From contig CAKNRV010000002.1 of NCBI GenBank assembly GCA_930991035.1, positions 19,134 through 83,133 of the forward strand: a stretch of 64,000 nt of DNA, read 5' to 3'. A program made the translations under genes and the position numbers. The notes under the pieces were generated by a model. The model was given only the letters and a program-made list of their open reading frames with translations, searched no databases and was not told the origin of the DNA. Each line of letters starts with the position of its first letter. The stretch's first letter is position 1. Positions 19,753 to 30,288 of the stretch are shown piece after piece. The DNA is from an uncultured Clostridium sp. Lineage in GTDB: Bacteria; Bacillota; Clostridia; TANB77; CAG-508.

Positions 19753-22700
19753 ATAATACGAATTTCTTGATTAATACAATTCCTCCGCCTAATATTACAA
19801 GCACTGTTGTGATTACTCCAAGGTAATGTCCACCAACACCTGTTACTATTGAAAGTACTACTGATGCATCGTCTATATCGTCTTCTCCTTCTTCAAAGTT
19901 GTCTGGCGTAGAGTCTATATCGTCGTCACTGTCTTCTGAGATTTCTGCCCAGTTTGTTTTTACACCTAAATTATCGTGTCCGTTTATCCATCTAAGTGTA
20001 ATTTCAACTGTTGCGCTTTCTCCTGGCTCTAGTAATGTATCTGCCAATTGGTCTGTTGTTACTGTTCTACCATCTTCAGATAGTACCCAGTCTTCATTGT
20101 CTTCTGCTACAAATTCAAGTCCTTCTGGTATATAGTCTTTAATTTCGTATGCATATCCAGCTTTGTTTCCTTCGTTTGTAATCCTAATTTGGTATGTAAA
20201 TTTTATTGTTGAATCATTTATTTTGTGGTTACCTAATTCTATTTTTACAACCTCTTCTGGATTATCTTCAAATGTATGACCTGTTTCTTCAACAGTTGTT
20301 TCTCCATCCAATGTCATTGTAACTTTTGTTATAATTTTCTTTAATGCTAAATCAAAGTATGAAACTTTTACTTTTTCTATATCTATATCATCTTCTCCGT
20401 CTGTATCATTATCTGGAGTTGAGTCTATATCTGTTACAGGTTCTCCATTTTCGTTTGCATCTTCTGAAACTTCTGCTGTATTTATTATTATTCTATCAGA
20501 TGTATTTGGTTCTACTACTCTAAATGCAATTCTTAAATCCTTATAATCTGGTTGTGTCATTGTGTCTGGATCGAATGCATCTATTAAGTTGTCTCTACCT
20601 GTTAGCTCTTCTTGTGCTTTTGATAAGTAATCTGTTCTAATTGTTACTGCTTCTGATACATTTTCTGTAACTTCTCCATTTGCAGCATACATTACCCATC
20701 TGTATTCGTTGTTTATACTGTTGTCTGGTAAAAATTCAAGTCCTTCTGGTAAATCATCTTTCACTTCTTCTGCATATCCTGCTTGAGTGCCTTCGTTGTA
20801 TATTCTTAATGTATAAATTACTGTGTCTCCATTTGATACCTCTATTGGGTCTTTTGTATGTGTATATGTGTATTCTCCATTATTGTTGCTAAATACTGGT
20901 ACTCTGTTAGTAATATCTTGGTCATTTACTCCTGTAATGAATTTTCTTAATGCCAAGTCAAAGTATTTTAACTCTACTTGTTCTTTATCAATATCGTCTT
21001 CTCCGTCTTCGTCATTATCTGGAGTTGAGTCTATATCGTCTACTGGTTCTCCATCTTCGTCTGCATCTTCTGAAATTTCTGCTGTATTAATTATTACTCT
21101 ATCAGACGTATTTGGTTCTACTACTCTAAATGCAATTCTTACTTCTTTGTAATCTGGCTCAGTCATTGTATCTGGGTCAAATGCATCTATTAGGTTATCT
21201 CTTCCTGTTTCGTCTTCTTGTGCCTTTGATAAGTAATCTGTTCTAATGCTTACAGCTTCCTCTACATTTTTTGTAACATTTCCACTTGCGTCATACATTA
21301 CCCATCTGTATTCGTTGTTTATGCTGTTATCTGGTAAAAATTCTAGTCCATCTGGAATATCGTCTTTTACCTCTTCTGCATATCCTGCTTGAGTACCTTC
21401 GTTATATATTCTTAATGTATATATTACAGTATCTCCTGTTGCAACTTCTACAGGGTCTTTTGTATGCTCGTATGTGTATTCTCCATTATTGTTATGGAAT
21501 ACTGGCTCTCTATCTGTTACAGTTTGGTCATTTACTCCTGTAATGAATTTTCTTAATGCTAAATCAAAGTATTTTACTTTTATTTTTTCTATGTCTATAT
21601 CATCTTCTCCGTCTGTGTCATTATCTGGAGTTGAATCTATATCGTCTACTGGCTTACCATTTTCATCTGCATCTTCTGAAATTTCAGCTGTATTTATTAT
21701 TATTCTGTCTGATGTATTTGGCTCTGTTACTCTAAATGCAATTCTTACTTCTTTGTAGTCTGGCTCAAGCATTGTTGTTGGGTCAAATGGTTCTATTAGA
21801 TTGTCTCTTCCGGTTGCATCAGCTTGTGCCTTTGATAAGTAATCTGTTCTAATTGTTACCGCTTCTGATACGTTTTCTGTAACTTCTCCATTTACGTCAT
21901 ACATTACCCATCTGTAATTTATATTTGTTGAATTATCTGGGATAAACTCTAATCCATCTGGAATATCGTCTTTTACTTCTTCGGCATATCCTGCTATATC
22001 ACCCTCGTTGTATATTCTTAATGTATAAATTACTATATCCCCTGTTGCAACATCTACTGGGTCTTTTGTATGATTGTATACATATTCTCCATTTTCTACT
22101 CTAAATACAGGTTCTCTGTTTGTTATAACTTGGTCATTTACTCCTGTAATGAATTTTCTTAGTGCTAAATCGAATTTTTGTATAACTACTTTATCAAAGT
22201 CGTCATCATCTTGTTGTCCTGGTATGTATTCGTCTCCTCTATTTATTTCGTCGTCTTTGTAGTTTGGTAATGTTTCATCAGAAGGTAATGTTACATTATC
22301 CTCTGTTGAATCTCTATCAGTAACTTCTTGTTTGTTTGAGTCCCTATCTTCTGTTATTTCTGTAATATTTGTTAACTTCTCGTCAGGAACTGCTGTGTCT
22401 CTTACTCTACATTTTATTTTAACATCAATGTAGTCTAGGTTTTCTCCGTCAAAAGCCTCTAATATTACTTTGTCAGATCCATCTTTTCTGCTTTCAAAAA
22501 TTGTATCCCTGCTTGCTGAATATTGAGTATCTGGAGATGTAATATCAGTTGTTACTGTTCTTCCGTCTCCACTTATTTGCCATCCATAGCTAGCGTTAAA
22601 TTCATCATTTACAAATTCCAAATTTGCTGGTAAATAGTCTGTAATTTCATAAACATATCCATCAATTTGTCCTTCGTTGTATACTCTTATTGTATATATT

Positions 22701-24688
22701 ACTTCATCTCCAACTGCTACTGTTACAGGATTTTTTGGATGATTATATATTGCTGTTGTTGAACTTCCAGAAGTTAATGGTGTAATATCTACAACTGGTT
22801 CTCTTAAATATCTTCCTGAGTTATCTGTAAGTTCTCTATCATTTACTCCTGTAATGAACTTTCTTAAAGATAAGTCAAAGTATTTTCCTAATATTACTAA
22901 ATTTTCAAAGTCGTCATCATCTTCTTGGCTTTCGTTGCCATATCCAGGTACATCCACATTATCTGGTATAGAATCTCTATCTGTCATATCTTCTTCATCA
23001 CCATTTGTGCATCCTGTTATTTCTGCAACGTTCTTTAGGTTAACGTTCTCTTCTTGAACAGTTGCTGTTACTTCGCACTCAATTTGAACATCTAAGTAAC
23101 TCAAAGTTGTTCCATTAAATGCTGGTATTTTTTGTCCTGCAAGGTGATCTGTTGTTACTGTTCTTCCATCTGTTGTAGTCCATCCATATTGTGTATTTAT
23201 AGAGCTATCTGCCTTTAATGTTAGACCATTTGGCAAATAATCTGTAATTTCTGTCACTATTCCTTCAACATTTCCTTCATTATATACTCTTATTGTATAT
23301 ACTACTGAATCTCCTGTACTTACAGTTAAAGCATTCTTTGGATGGATTTTATCTGCTGTTGTAGTTGTTCCATCTCTTAATTCTCCAAGCTCTTCTGAAC
23401 TAATTTGTGGCACTCTACTTACTGTTGGAGAGTTTCCATTTATAGATGTAATGAATTTTCTTAAAGCTAAGTCGAATATCTCTTCTGGTTGCTCCTCGTG
23501 AGTAAATACTTCTTCATCTCTATAAGGTTCTTCTGTTCTTTCTACTATTGCAACTGGTTGGTCTGCTTCTGGTGCTCCCTCTACTGACCAATATGTAACT
23601 TTAGTATCATAGTATGAACCACTTATTGTAAATGTAATTCTTTCTATATTAGTAGTATTTGGTATAACTATATAGAAATTTTGTCCAATTGTATCTTGCA
23701 AATTAGAAAAGCTTCTGCCTTCTTCATCTTGAAATGTTGGATTTAAAGTATGTCCATCCCCATCTGTAAATGTTCCTTGTAAAGTTCCATTTGTTCCACT
23801 TACTTGATTTATTCTAAAAGGACCTATTATATAGTTATTTTCTTGAGTATCTACTGTTTGATTAAGATCTGCTAATTCATAAGGTTGTCTAGAAGGTGTA
23901 ACCTGGTAATCTCCTGCATTTTCTAAAGCTGCATCTACCAATTCTCTATATAAAGTTTTAGCATCCTCTGATCTGTCCCATCCATTTTCTCCGCCTACTC
24001 CATTTTCGTCACTTAAAGGAGAATAGCTAGAATCTTGACCAGCATAAGCATTTATCCATAATTCAAAATTTCCATTGTCTCCTGCGTCAAATTGGTCATC
24101 ATTCGTAAAATGCCATATAGCTAACTGTTGAACAACATCTATGTCGTCATATGTTAAGTAGCTCCATTCTATACCATATTGTGCTAAGAATGCATCAATT
24201 TGTTCTTGTTCTTCTGTCCCATTCCAAGATGGATCGTGTACAAAGGCATTCTCTAATAGCCATACTAAAGCCTTATACTCTGTACTATTTGTATCTGGTA
24301 AAGCTCTTTTATATGTACTTGGAATTGAGTCTGGATCTTTCATATCAAAATATTGTGTGTAATGTCTTGACGTTATTTTTTGATTATCTCCAGAAGTAGA
24401 ATCGTCACCTGTATCTTCAAACGCTCCAGCAAAACCCGGTCCACCTTTCAAACAATATATTGTTTGACTATAATCTGCGGTGCTTCCACTGCTATTACTC
24501 TCTACAATTTTCCAAACATTTTTCTCTAACGCTTTATAACCAAAGCCAGATGCTCTTAACATTTCTATGTTTAACCATAAACTTCCAGAAGTTGCATTAG
24601 AAGTTTGAAACATACCTAATATTAAGACTGTTAATATAGTCACTATGATTATTAAAGCAATTCTTTTAGTTCTCATACTAGTTACCAT
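19751..24688 (-). CDS. Large cell-surface protein with signal peptide, six DUF11-type repeats (FDLALRKFITGVNDQ...GDxVIYTLRIYNEG) and a C-terminal TM anchor
   Basis: 1645 aa. Repeats 3 to 5 are about 90% identical at the DNA level. Acidic DIDSTPDNDxDGEDDID linkers separate the repeats. Confidence 0.75.
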   Translation of the reverse strand: MVTSMRTKRIALIIIVTILTVLILGMFQTSNATSGSLWLNIEMLRASGFGYKALEKNVWKIVESNSSGSTADYSQTIYCLKGGPGFAGAFEDTGDDSTSGDNQKITSRHYTQYFDMKDPDSIPSTYKRALPDTNSTEYKALVWLLENAFVHDPSWNGTEEQEQIDAFLAQYGIEWSYLTYDDIDVVQQLAIWHFTNDDQFDAGDNGNFELWINAYAGQDSSYSPLSDENGVGGENGWDRSEDAKTLYRELVDAALENAGDYQVTPSRQPYELADLNQTVDTQENNYIIGPFRINQVSGTNGTLQGTFTDGDGHTLNPTFQDEEGRSFSNLQDTIGQNFYIVIPNTTNIERITFTISGSYYDTKVTYWSVEGAPEADQPVAIVERTEEPYRDEEVFTHEEQPEEIFDLALRKFITSINGNSPTVSRVPQISSEELGELRDGTTTTADKIHPKNALTVSTGDSVVYTIRVYNEGNVEGIVTEITDYLPNGLTLKADSSINTQYGWTTTDGRTVTTDHLAGQKIPAFNGTTLSYLDVQIECEVTATVQEENVNLKNVAEITGCTNGDEEDMTDRDSIPDNVDVPGYGNESQEDDDDFENLVILGKYFDLSLRKFITGVNDRELTDNSGRYLREPVVDITPLTSGSSTTAIYNHPKNPVTVAVGDEVIYTIRVYNEGQIDGYVYEITDYLPANLEFVNDEFNASYGWQISGDGRTVTTDITSPDTQYSASRDTIFESRKDGSDKVILEAFDGENLDYIDVKIKCRVRDTAVPDEKLTNITEITEDRDSNKQEVTDRDSTEDNVTLPSDETLPNYKDDEINRGDEYIPGQQDDDDFDKVVIQKFDLALRKFITGVNDQVITNREPVFRVENGEYVYNHTKDPVDVATGDIVIYTLRIYNEGDIAGYAEEVKDDIPDGLEFIPDNSTNINYRWVMYDVNGEVTENVSEAVTIRTDYLSKAQADATGRDNLIEPFDPTTMLEPDYKEVRIAFRVTEPNTSDRIIINTAEISEDADENGKPVDDIDSTPDNDTDGEDDIDIEKIKVKYFDLALRKFITGVNDQTVTDREPVFHNNNGEYTYEHTKDPVEVATGDTVIYTLRIYNEGTQAGYAEEVKDDIPDGLEFLPDNSINNEYRWVMYDASGNVTKNVEEAVSIRTDYLSKAQEDETGRDNLIDAFDPDTMTEPDYKEVRIAFRVVEPNTSDRVIINTAEISEDADEDGEPVDDIDSTPDNDEDGEDDIDKEQVELKYFDLALRKFITGVNDQDITNRVPVFSNNNGEYTYTHTKDPIEVSNGDTVIYTLRIYNEGTQAGYAEEVKDDLPEGLEFLPDNSINNEYRWVMYAANGEVTENVSEAVTIRTDYLSKAQEELTGRDNLIDAFDPDTMTQPDYKDLRIAFRVVEPNTSDRIIINTAEVSEDANENGEPVTDIDSTPDNDTDGEDDIDIEKVKVSYFDLALKKIITKVTMTLDGETTVEETGHTFEDNPEEVVKIELGNHKINDSTIKFTYQIRITNEGNKAGYAYEIKDYIPEGLEFVAEDNEDWVLSEDGRTVTTDQLADTLLEPGESATVEITLRWINGHDNLGVKTNWAEISEDSDDDIDSTPDNFEEGEDDIDDASVVLSIVTGVGGHYLGVITTVLVILGGGIVLIKKFVL
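20380..22186. repeat. Three near-identical ~600-bp tandem DNA repeats inside the surface-protein gene
   Basis: Unit boundaries at about 20380, 20986, 21586 and 22186, inferred from the repeated protein blocks. Long identical strings appear, for example TCTTCTCCGTCTGT(A/G)TCATTATCTGGAGTTGA(G/A)TCTATATC. Confidence 0.7.
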
Positions 24689-25087
24689 CCTTTTACTCCT
24701 TTTAATATCATATAATATTATTGTACTTACATTTTAACGTTAAGTCAATATCAATATTTTACAGTTTTTCCAGTTTTTTCTTGCTGTATTTTAAGAACTT
24801 AGGGATATTGACCTTTTCGCATATTACAACTATATTACAATTATATTACATTTTTGTAATATTTTCAATGGTTTTGCAGCATTTTTCAGCAATTTTACTA
24901 GGGATAGCTGGGTTGGAAGAGTGTGGACAGGTCTTGTCGCGCTAATTTTTATTTTGTATTTACCTATAAATGGTAAAATTTTACTATGTTCGCTTGTTTT
25001 TTATTGTAAAGTATTGTAATATGTTAGCAACCTTTTCACTGACAGAAAGGCAATCCTTACTCAAGGACGGAAAGGGGGTTACATACT

Positions 25088-25189
25088 ATGTCATCATACG
25101 ACTTAATCTTACGATTAATTGAAATGTTACTCGCTGAAAAAGACAAGAACTACCAATTAAGAGATAAAAAGATGAATGGCAAAGACTAG
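25088..25189 (+). CDS. Candidate small protein (33 aa, MSSYDLILRLIEMLLAEKDKNYQLRDKKMNGKD)
   Basis: Strong SD (GGAAAGGGGG) 8 nt upstream of the ATG, and a downstream hairpin plus T-run at 25211-25241. Below the ORF-track length cutoff. Confidence 0.35.
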   Translation: MSSYDLILRLIEMLLAEKDKNYQLRDKKMNGKD

Positions 25190-25210
25190 GTTGCATACAT
25201 AGTCGAAAGT

Positions 25211-25241
25211 AGAAACAAATTGCAGTTTGTTTCTGCTTTTT
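25211..25241 (+). terminator. Terminator hairpin AGAAACAAA-ttgc-AGTTTGTTTCT + TTTTTATTG
   Basis: 9-bp stem followed by a T-run on the plus strand. Confidence 0.5.
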
Positions 25242-25417
25242 ATTGTTATAGACAACAAAGTCGGATTAGTTTCTTCTTTTAGCATAAAAAAAGTATGTGT
25301 AATTGCAGTTACACACACCAGTTACATATATGTCTCATACGACCTATGACACATTTGCTTAAGCTAAATATATAATAACATCTTTTTTGACCTTTGTCAA
25401 ATGATTTTTTAATATTT

Positions 25418-25491
25418 TGGAGGCGACACCCGGATTCGAACCGGGGATCAGAGTTTTGCAGACTCGTGCCTTACCACTTGGCTATATCGCC
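25418..25491 (-). tRNA. tRNA-Cys (GCA)
   Basis: Reverse complement GGCGATATAGCCAAGTGGTAAGGCACGAGTCTGCAAAACTCTGATCCCCGGTTCGAATCCGGGTGTCGCCTCCA folds as a cloverleaf. The anticodon loop is CTGCAAA. Near-identical to Bacillus tRNA-Cys as I recall it. Confidence 0.9.
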
Positions 25492-25645
25492 GTAACCATA
25501 ATTAACCTTTTTGGAGTTTAATACATTATATGCTCAAATTTATTGTTTAGTACAATAAATTTTATCTATTTCTTTTTTATAATAAATTTCTGAACTACTT
25601 ATCAGAAAAAGAATGCAGTTGGATATTCAAAGCATAGCTGTTTTT

Positions 25646-25681
25646 AACAATAAAAACTGTTTCTTATATGTAAAACAGTTT
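25646..25681 (-). terminator. Hairpin (AAACTGTTT/AAACAGTTT) plus T-run just 3' of tRNA-Gly
   Basis: 9-bp stem, then TTTTTATTGTT on the minus strand. Confidence 0.35.
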
Positions 25682-25682
25682 G

Positions 25683-25756
25683 TGGAGCAGGTAACGAGAA
25701 TCGGACTCGTGACTAAACCTTGGCAAGGTCTCGTTTTACCACTAAACTATACCTGC
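25683..25756 (-). tRNA. tRNA-Gly (GCC)
   Basis: Reverse complement GCAGGTATAGTTTAGTGGTAAAACGAGACCTTGCCAAGGTTTAGTCACGAGTCCGATTCTCGTTACCTGCTCCA. Anticodon loop TTGCCAA. Confidence 0.9.
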
Positions 25757-25928
25757 ATAGAAATATTTTTTTAGCAGAACAATTAATATAATAGCAAAAA
25801 AAAACTAAAAAGTCAATACAATTTCATAATTTAATTTTTTAAAGTACTCTAATCACACGTTGAACTTAATAGAGTACTTTGTTAAAGCTTTTTTGTCAAC
25901 TTTTTCATTTGGTTAAGCTTTCTTAAGT

Positions 25929-27326
25929 TTAACCTGTGATACTCTTTATTAGAAGCATAAATTCTACTAAATAGTCTTGCATCTCTTTTTTTCGTATCTC
26001 TTCTTTTGCGCACATCTGTAATATATCTATTACTTCACCATTTAATGTTACTTTTGCATTTCCTATTACTTGATTTTTGCTTACCGGTGCTTCTAAGTAA
26101 AATATTGAGTTTACTTCTATTTCTACTTTGTCTACATCTGTCTTTTTTACTGCCATAGTTTCAAAATCCAGCTCATCTAAAAGCAATTCTACGTTATTTT
26201 TTATTCCTTTATTCACATATATTCTACCTTGGTTCACATCTAGCCATTGCTCTAATTTTCTGTCTACTATTTCTTTTATATTTATAATTTCAAAATTTTC
26301 ATAAGCATATTGTATTAATTTTATGGTGTCTGCTGTTCTCATTTTTGTAGTATCCGCTCCTATTATAACTGTAATTATGTCTAGGTCGTCTCTTTTACAG
26401 CTACTTACCAAGCATCTACCTGCACCATTTGTAAATCCTGTTTTCACGCCATAAACTCCCGATACACTTCCAAGTAATTGATTTGTATTATTTATAACTT
26501 TCGCATAGCCGTTTATATATATTGTAGCTGTTTGACAGCTTACTATTTCTTTAAATTTTGCTACATTAAGCGCATAATCCGCCATTTTAGCAAGCTCATA
26601 CGCAGTAGTATAGTGCCCTTCGTTATCAAGTCCGTGTGGAACAACAAAATGTGAATTTGTAAGTCCCATTTCTTTTGCTTTGTCATTCATCATTTGTGCA
26701 AAGCCCTCTATGCTACCTCCTATGTGTATTGCCAAAGCTACTGCCGCATCATTGCCAGAGCGAAGCATTAAGCCATAGAGTAAATCATTTACTGTTATCT
26801 TATCATCCTTCTTTAAGCCAAGCCTTGAACCTCCTGTTCCAGCTGCTTTTGAAGTTATTGTTACAGTGTCTTTTAAATTAGCATTTTCAAGCACTACTAT
26901 TGCTGTCATTATCTTGGTTGTAGAAGCCATTGGTGTCTGTTTGTTTCCATTTTTTTCGTATAGAATCCTTCCAGATGCTCTATCATAAATTAAGGCGATT
27001 CTAGAGTTCAACTCCATTTCTTCTACATTACTTGATGTTGCAAGTACTTCTTCTTGTATTTCTCTTACATCTACTTCTTCTGTTTCCTCTTCTAATTCTA
27101 TGTTTTCTATTTTCTCTAGATTTGTATATATTAAGTTTTGTTCATTTTTTATTTCTTCGCTTGTTTCTGTCAAATTTGCAATTTTTATCCTATTTTTTAA
27201 TGCTAAATTTATAGTAATGCCGTTTTTCTTCCTATTTGATGCAATTATAATCGCATTTGAAAAAGAAAATGTAAAGATAAATAATACAATTAAAATTTTA
27301 TATATTATTCCCGACTTGTTACGCAT
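25929..27326 (-). CDS. Serine-type D-alanyl-D-alanine carboxypeptidase (PBP5/DacA/DacF family)
   Basis: SxxK (ASTTKIMT), SGN (LRSGNDAA) and KTG (KTGFTNGAG) motifs, with a signal peptide. Confidence 0.85.
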   Translation of the reverse strand: MRNKSGIIYKILIVLFIFTFSFSNAIIIASNRKKNGITINLALKNRIKIANLTETSEEIKNEQNLIYTNLEKIENIELEEETEEVDVREIQEEVLATSSNVEEMELNSRIALIYDRASGRILYEKNGNKQTPMASTTKIMTAIVVLENANLKDTVTITSKAAGTGGSRLGLKKDDKITVNDLLYGLMLRSGNDAAVALAIHIGGSIEGFAQMMNDKAKEMGLTNSHFVVPHGLDNEGHYTTAYELAKMADYALNVAKFKEIVSCQTATIYINGYAKVINNTNQLLGSVSGVYGVKTGFTNGAGRCLVSSCKRDDLDIITVIIGADTTKMRTADTIKLIQYAYENFEIINIKEIVDRKLEQWLDVNQGRIYVNKGIKNNVELLLDELDFETMAVKKTDVDKVEIEVNSIFYLEAPVSKNQVIGNAKVTLNGEVIDILQMCAKEEIRKKEMQDYLVEFMLLIKSITG

Positions 27327-27481
27327 AAAAAAATCACCTTCTAAATTATATTTTAGAAAGTGTAAATTTATGTGTTTTCAAATTTTTAATACATAATAAT
27401 TTGATAACTATATATTTTTTTAATTAAAACTTCCTATTATTTTAATTCCTTTCAAAATTTTATTTACGTACACACTTTTTT

Positions 27482-28819
27482 CTAATGTCCTCTGCTCATT
27501 GTTGGAGCACCATACTCTTCTTCTATTTCCTCGTGTATATCTTCTATCTTTTCGTCCGGGGTCTTTCCTCCTCTTTCGTTGTACCTTCTAGTAAATTCCT
27601 CTGGAGAAATTTTTGCCTTTTCTGCTTCTTTTGCAAGTGTTGTTTCTGTTCCATCTTCTAAAACAATTACTTCGTCTGGTGTAACTAAATCGTTGCTTGC
27701 TGTGTCGTCTATATTTCTTAGTCTAGTATCTCCATCTCTTTCTAGCTCTCCTTCTGCCCTGTCCATTTCGTCTTCTATCTCCACATTTTTGTGTTTATCC
27801 ATTGCCTCCCTAACAGCCCTTGTAGTTGGTCTTTGGTTTTTGGTTTCTATTGGTGCAGAAAAATACCTTTCATCCTTGTCCTCACTTAAATCTGCTCTTA
27901 CATAGTCAACTTCTAATACTCCGTATTGTCCTACTCTTACAGATAGCATTTCTTCTTGCCCATTTGTTTTGCTTCTTCCATTTATTCTGACCATTCCAGC
28001 AACTTGCTCTTCCTCTACAAGGCTTCCGTCTCTGCTATTTATTGACATAACTGTTTGTCCTGTTGTAGTTCCTTCTACATTCTCTAAACTGTCAATAGAC
28101 TGAATTTGTCCGTTTTTATCAATTCCTACAAATGAAAATCTTCCGCTTTGTCCTTTTGCTTTGTCAGAGTAAACAACTCCTACTTTAACAATTCCTTTTT
28201 GCTTTATTTCTGGAATCATATCAGCTAAAGTTTCTGATTGAGTTACTTTCGCATTTGGGTCTATTTCTTGTTTGCTTGTGAGTTTATCAAATACTGGAGT
28301 TTGGTCAGTTTTCATTTCTGAATATGACTCAATGTCCTTGCTTCCCGTTTTTTCTGATATTTTTTCTATTCTTTTATCTATTTCTTTTTCTTCTAGCTCT
28401 TCCTTTGTCAAAGATAGCTCTTGCTCACCTAAATCTTCAAACTCCATATCTTCTTCTATTCCTAGTAGCTCCATATTTTCCTCTCCAAGTTGCTCTAGAA
28501 ACTTAGGTTCAAATATGATAATTCCTCTTTCGTCAACTGTTGCTATTAGGTTTTGGTCTTTGTCAAATATAGCATACGTAAAGTTTTCTTCTTTTCTTGG
28601 CTCTAGCTCTTTTTCTGGAACAGTATTATCTCTAATCTTTGCTTTGTATATGTCATTTTGTTCTAAATTCATTCTATTGCCTTTTATTTGAAAAGATTTA
28701 TAATATTCAATCCCTACTAACTCTTTGTTGTTTTGCTCTAAGCCTTCACTAAGTTTTTGCTTTATTTCTAACATTGTATTTACTACTTCTTCGTGTTTTT
28801 TGTTGTTCATACTTGTCAC
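27482..28819 (-). CDS. Hypothetical acidic protein (445 aa), last gene of the type IV secretion-like block
   Basis: Highly charged, with no recognisable motifs. Confidence 0.45.
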   Translation of the reverse strand: MTSMNNKKHEEVVNTMLEIKQKLSEGLEQNNKELVGIEYYKSFQIKGNRMNLEQNDIYKAKIRDNTVPEKELEPRKEENFTYAIFDKDQNLIATVDERGIIIFEPKFLEQLGEENMELLGIEEDMEFEDLGEQELSLTKEELEEKEIDKRIEKISEKTGSKDIESYSEMKTDQTPVFDKLTSKQEIDPNAKVTQSETLADMIPEIKQKGIVKVGVVYSDKAKGQSGRFSFVGIDKNGQIQSIDSLENVEGTTTGQTVMSINSRDGSLVEEEQVAGMVRINGRSKTNGQEEMLSVRVGQYGVLEVDYVRADLSEDKDERYFSAPIETKNQRPTTRAVREAMDKHKNVEIEDEMDRAEGELERDGDTRLRNIDDTASNDLVTPDEVIVLEDGTETTLAKEAEKAKISPEEFTRRYNERGGKTPDEKIEDIHEEIEEEYGAPTMSRGH

Positions 28820-28984
28820 TCTCCTTTGTAATGTTTTTGTTTACAATTTTATAATATGTTTATTTACTATTTATAAATTAACTTATATTTGTATTTATAT
28901 ACATTATGTTATCTTGTCTATGTATACATATTTTTTATGTATATATTTTTATTATTTATTCTATGTCATAGCATTTTTACAGCG

Positions 28985-29950
28985 CTATTTTTCTAAGTCT
29001 TCTTCTTTCTTTTGGTCTTTTGACTTATTTTCTATTGGTTCTTTTTGCTCTGATGTAACACTATGTACATCCACTCTAAGTCCTGCTCTGTAATCATCTT
29101 CTCCAAATAAACTAGAAAAATCATAAAATTTATTGTTTTCTTTTGATCTATTAAAATCCGGAACATATAAATACATATCTTCTTGTTGTATTTTCTTCCT
29201 GTCTAAATCTGTTAAATCTGTTTTATACTCTTTTATAAGTTCTTGTTGTAATTTTGGTATTAAATCTTCTAATCCAAGTTTTTGTAAATCGGGAGTAATT
29301 TCTTCGTTTAATAATTCTGGTACTACATATGCACCATATCTTTGTGCTTTAATAAGTTTCACTAAACTTGGTATAGCATTTTCTTTTATTGTATAGTTAA
29401 ATACACTTTCATTTACTTTAGTATAATCAGATAAATTTAGTGCAATATCGTTTATATCATCTTCTGTAAAATAATATATAACTGTTGAAGATTCTTGTTC
29501 GTTTTTGTGCCTAAATTTTGAAAAAAATCTTTTTATTGGACTTGTCTTTTCTAATCTTTCACTTTGCTCTTCTACATTTCTTTCATTTTCTCTTTTTTCT
29601 ATCTCCAGCATCTTTTTATCATATTTATCTAAGCAGTGCATTCCTCTATTTAAATAATCTGTTAAATCATCTATAATTGCATTTCCTAAAAATGACCAAC
29701 CTGCATATTTTCCATTCTCGTATTCCTGTGGAAATATTGATATATTTGCTTTTTTAAATTGTTGCTGTATCTCTACCATCTTATTATTTACTGTAATTGC
29801 TAAATTAGGTACTTGTTCTTGTATACCTATTACATTTATAAAATTTTCTATATTTTCTCTTACTTGAGAAATTTTTTTTGAGATTTCAAGAATTTTATCT
29901 ACTATATTATCTTTTACTTTTTTCTCGTCTCTCTTTTCCATTTCTTTCAT
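28985..29950 (-). CDS. Hypothetical charged protein (321 aa)
   Basis: No recognised family. The partial conserved leader motif ATATAATATATTTAGGTTTTA lies just upstream. Confidence 0.45.
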   Translation of the reverse strand: MKEMEKRDEKKVKDNIVDKILEISKKISQVRENIENFINVIGIQEQVPNLAITVNNKMVEIQQQFKKANISIFPQEYENGKYAGWSFLGNAIIDDLTDYLNRGMHCLDKYDKKMLEIEKRENERNVEEQSERLEKTSPIKRFFSKFRHKNEQESSTVIYYFTEDDINDIALNLSDYTKVNESVFNYTIKENAIPSLVKLIKAQRYGAYVVPELLNEEITPDLQKLGLEDLIPKLQQELIKEYKTDLTDLDRKKIQQEDMYLYVPDFNRSKENNKFYDFSSLFGEDDYRAGLRVDVHSVTSEQKEPIENKSKDQKKEEDLEK

Positions 29951-30085
29951 TTTTCCTCAATCCTCATATATAATATATTTAGGTTTTACATTCTAGTTAT
30001 TGCTTTTTACTGCTTAACATTTATGTTCCCTATAACTTATAGTATACGCTATTTTACAAGTTTTTTCAATAGAAATCAAAAAATA

Positions 30086-30122
30086 CGGTATGCAAAATTA
30101 TCAATTGCATACCGCATTTTTT
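30086..30122. terminator. Bidirectional terminator (CGGTATGCAA-N9-TTGCATACCG with T-runs on both sides)
   Basis: 10-bp stem between the 445-aa and 321-aa genes. Confidence 0.5.
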
Positions 30123-30288
30123 GTCGAATTTTTGTTTAAGGTTATCTATACTAAAAAGTATATTTTAATAATTATATCACATAATTTTAAATTTTCTAGT
30201 CTTTTATGAGTAATTTTATTACTACTTATAGTTAATTTTTTAATTATTTAACAATTCTCAGTATTATGCTTTATTCAGTTTACTCTGT

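Noticed and set aside
19899-23057. Ser-rich plus-strand ORFs inside the DUF11 surface-protein gene (for example 20823..21152, 21474..21758)
   Set aside because: They are the reverse complement of the repeated acidic Asp/Glu-rich linkers (GAx codons give TCx Ser on the other strand). They repeat only because the underlying gene repeats.
25418-25756. tRNA-Cys/tRNA-Gly as the integration site (attachment point) of the type IV secretion block
   Set aside because: The block lies on the 5' side of both tRNAs rather than downstream of a tRNA 3' end. dac lies between, there is no integrase, and I see no duplicated tRNA 3' segment at about 44 kb.
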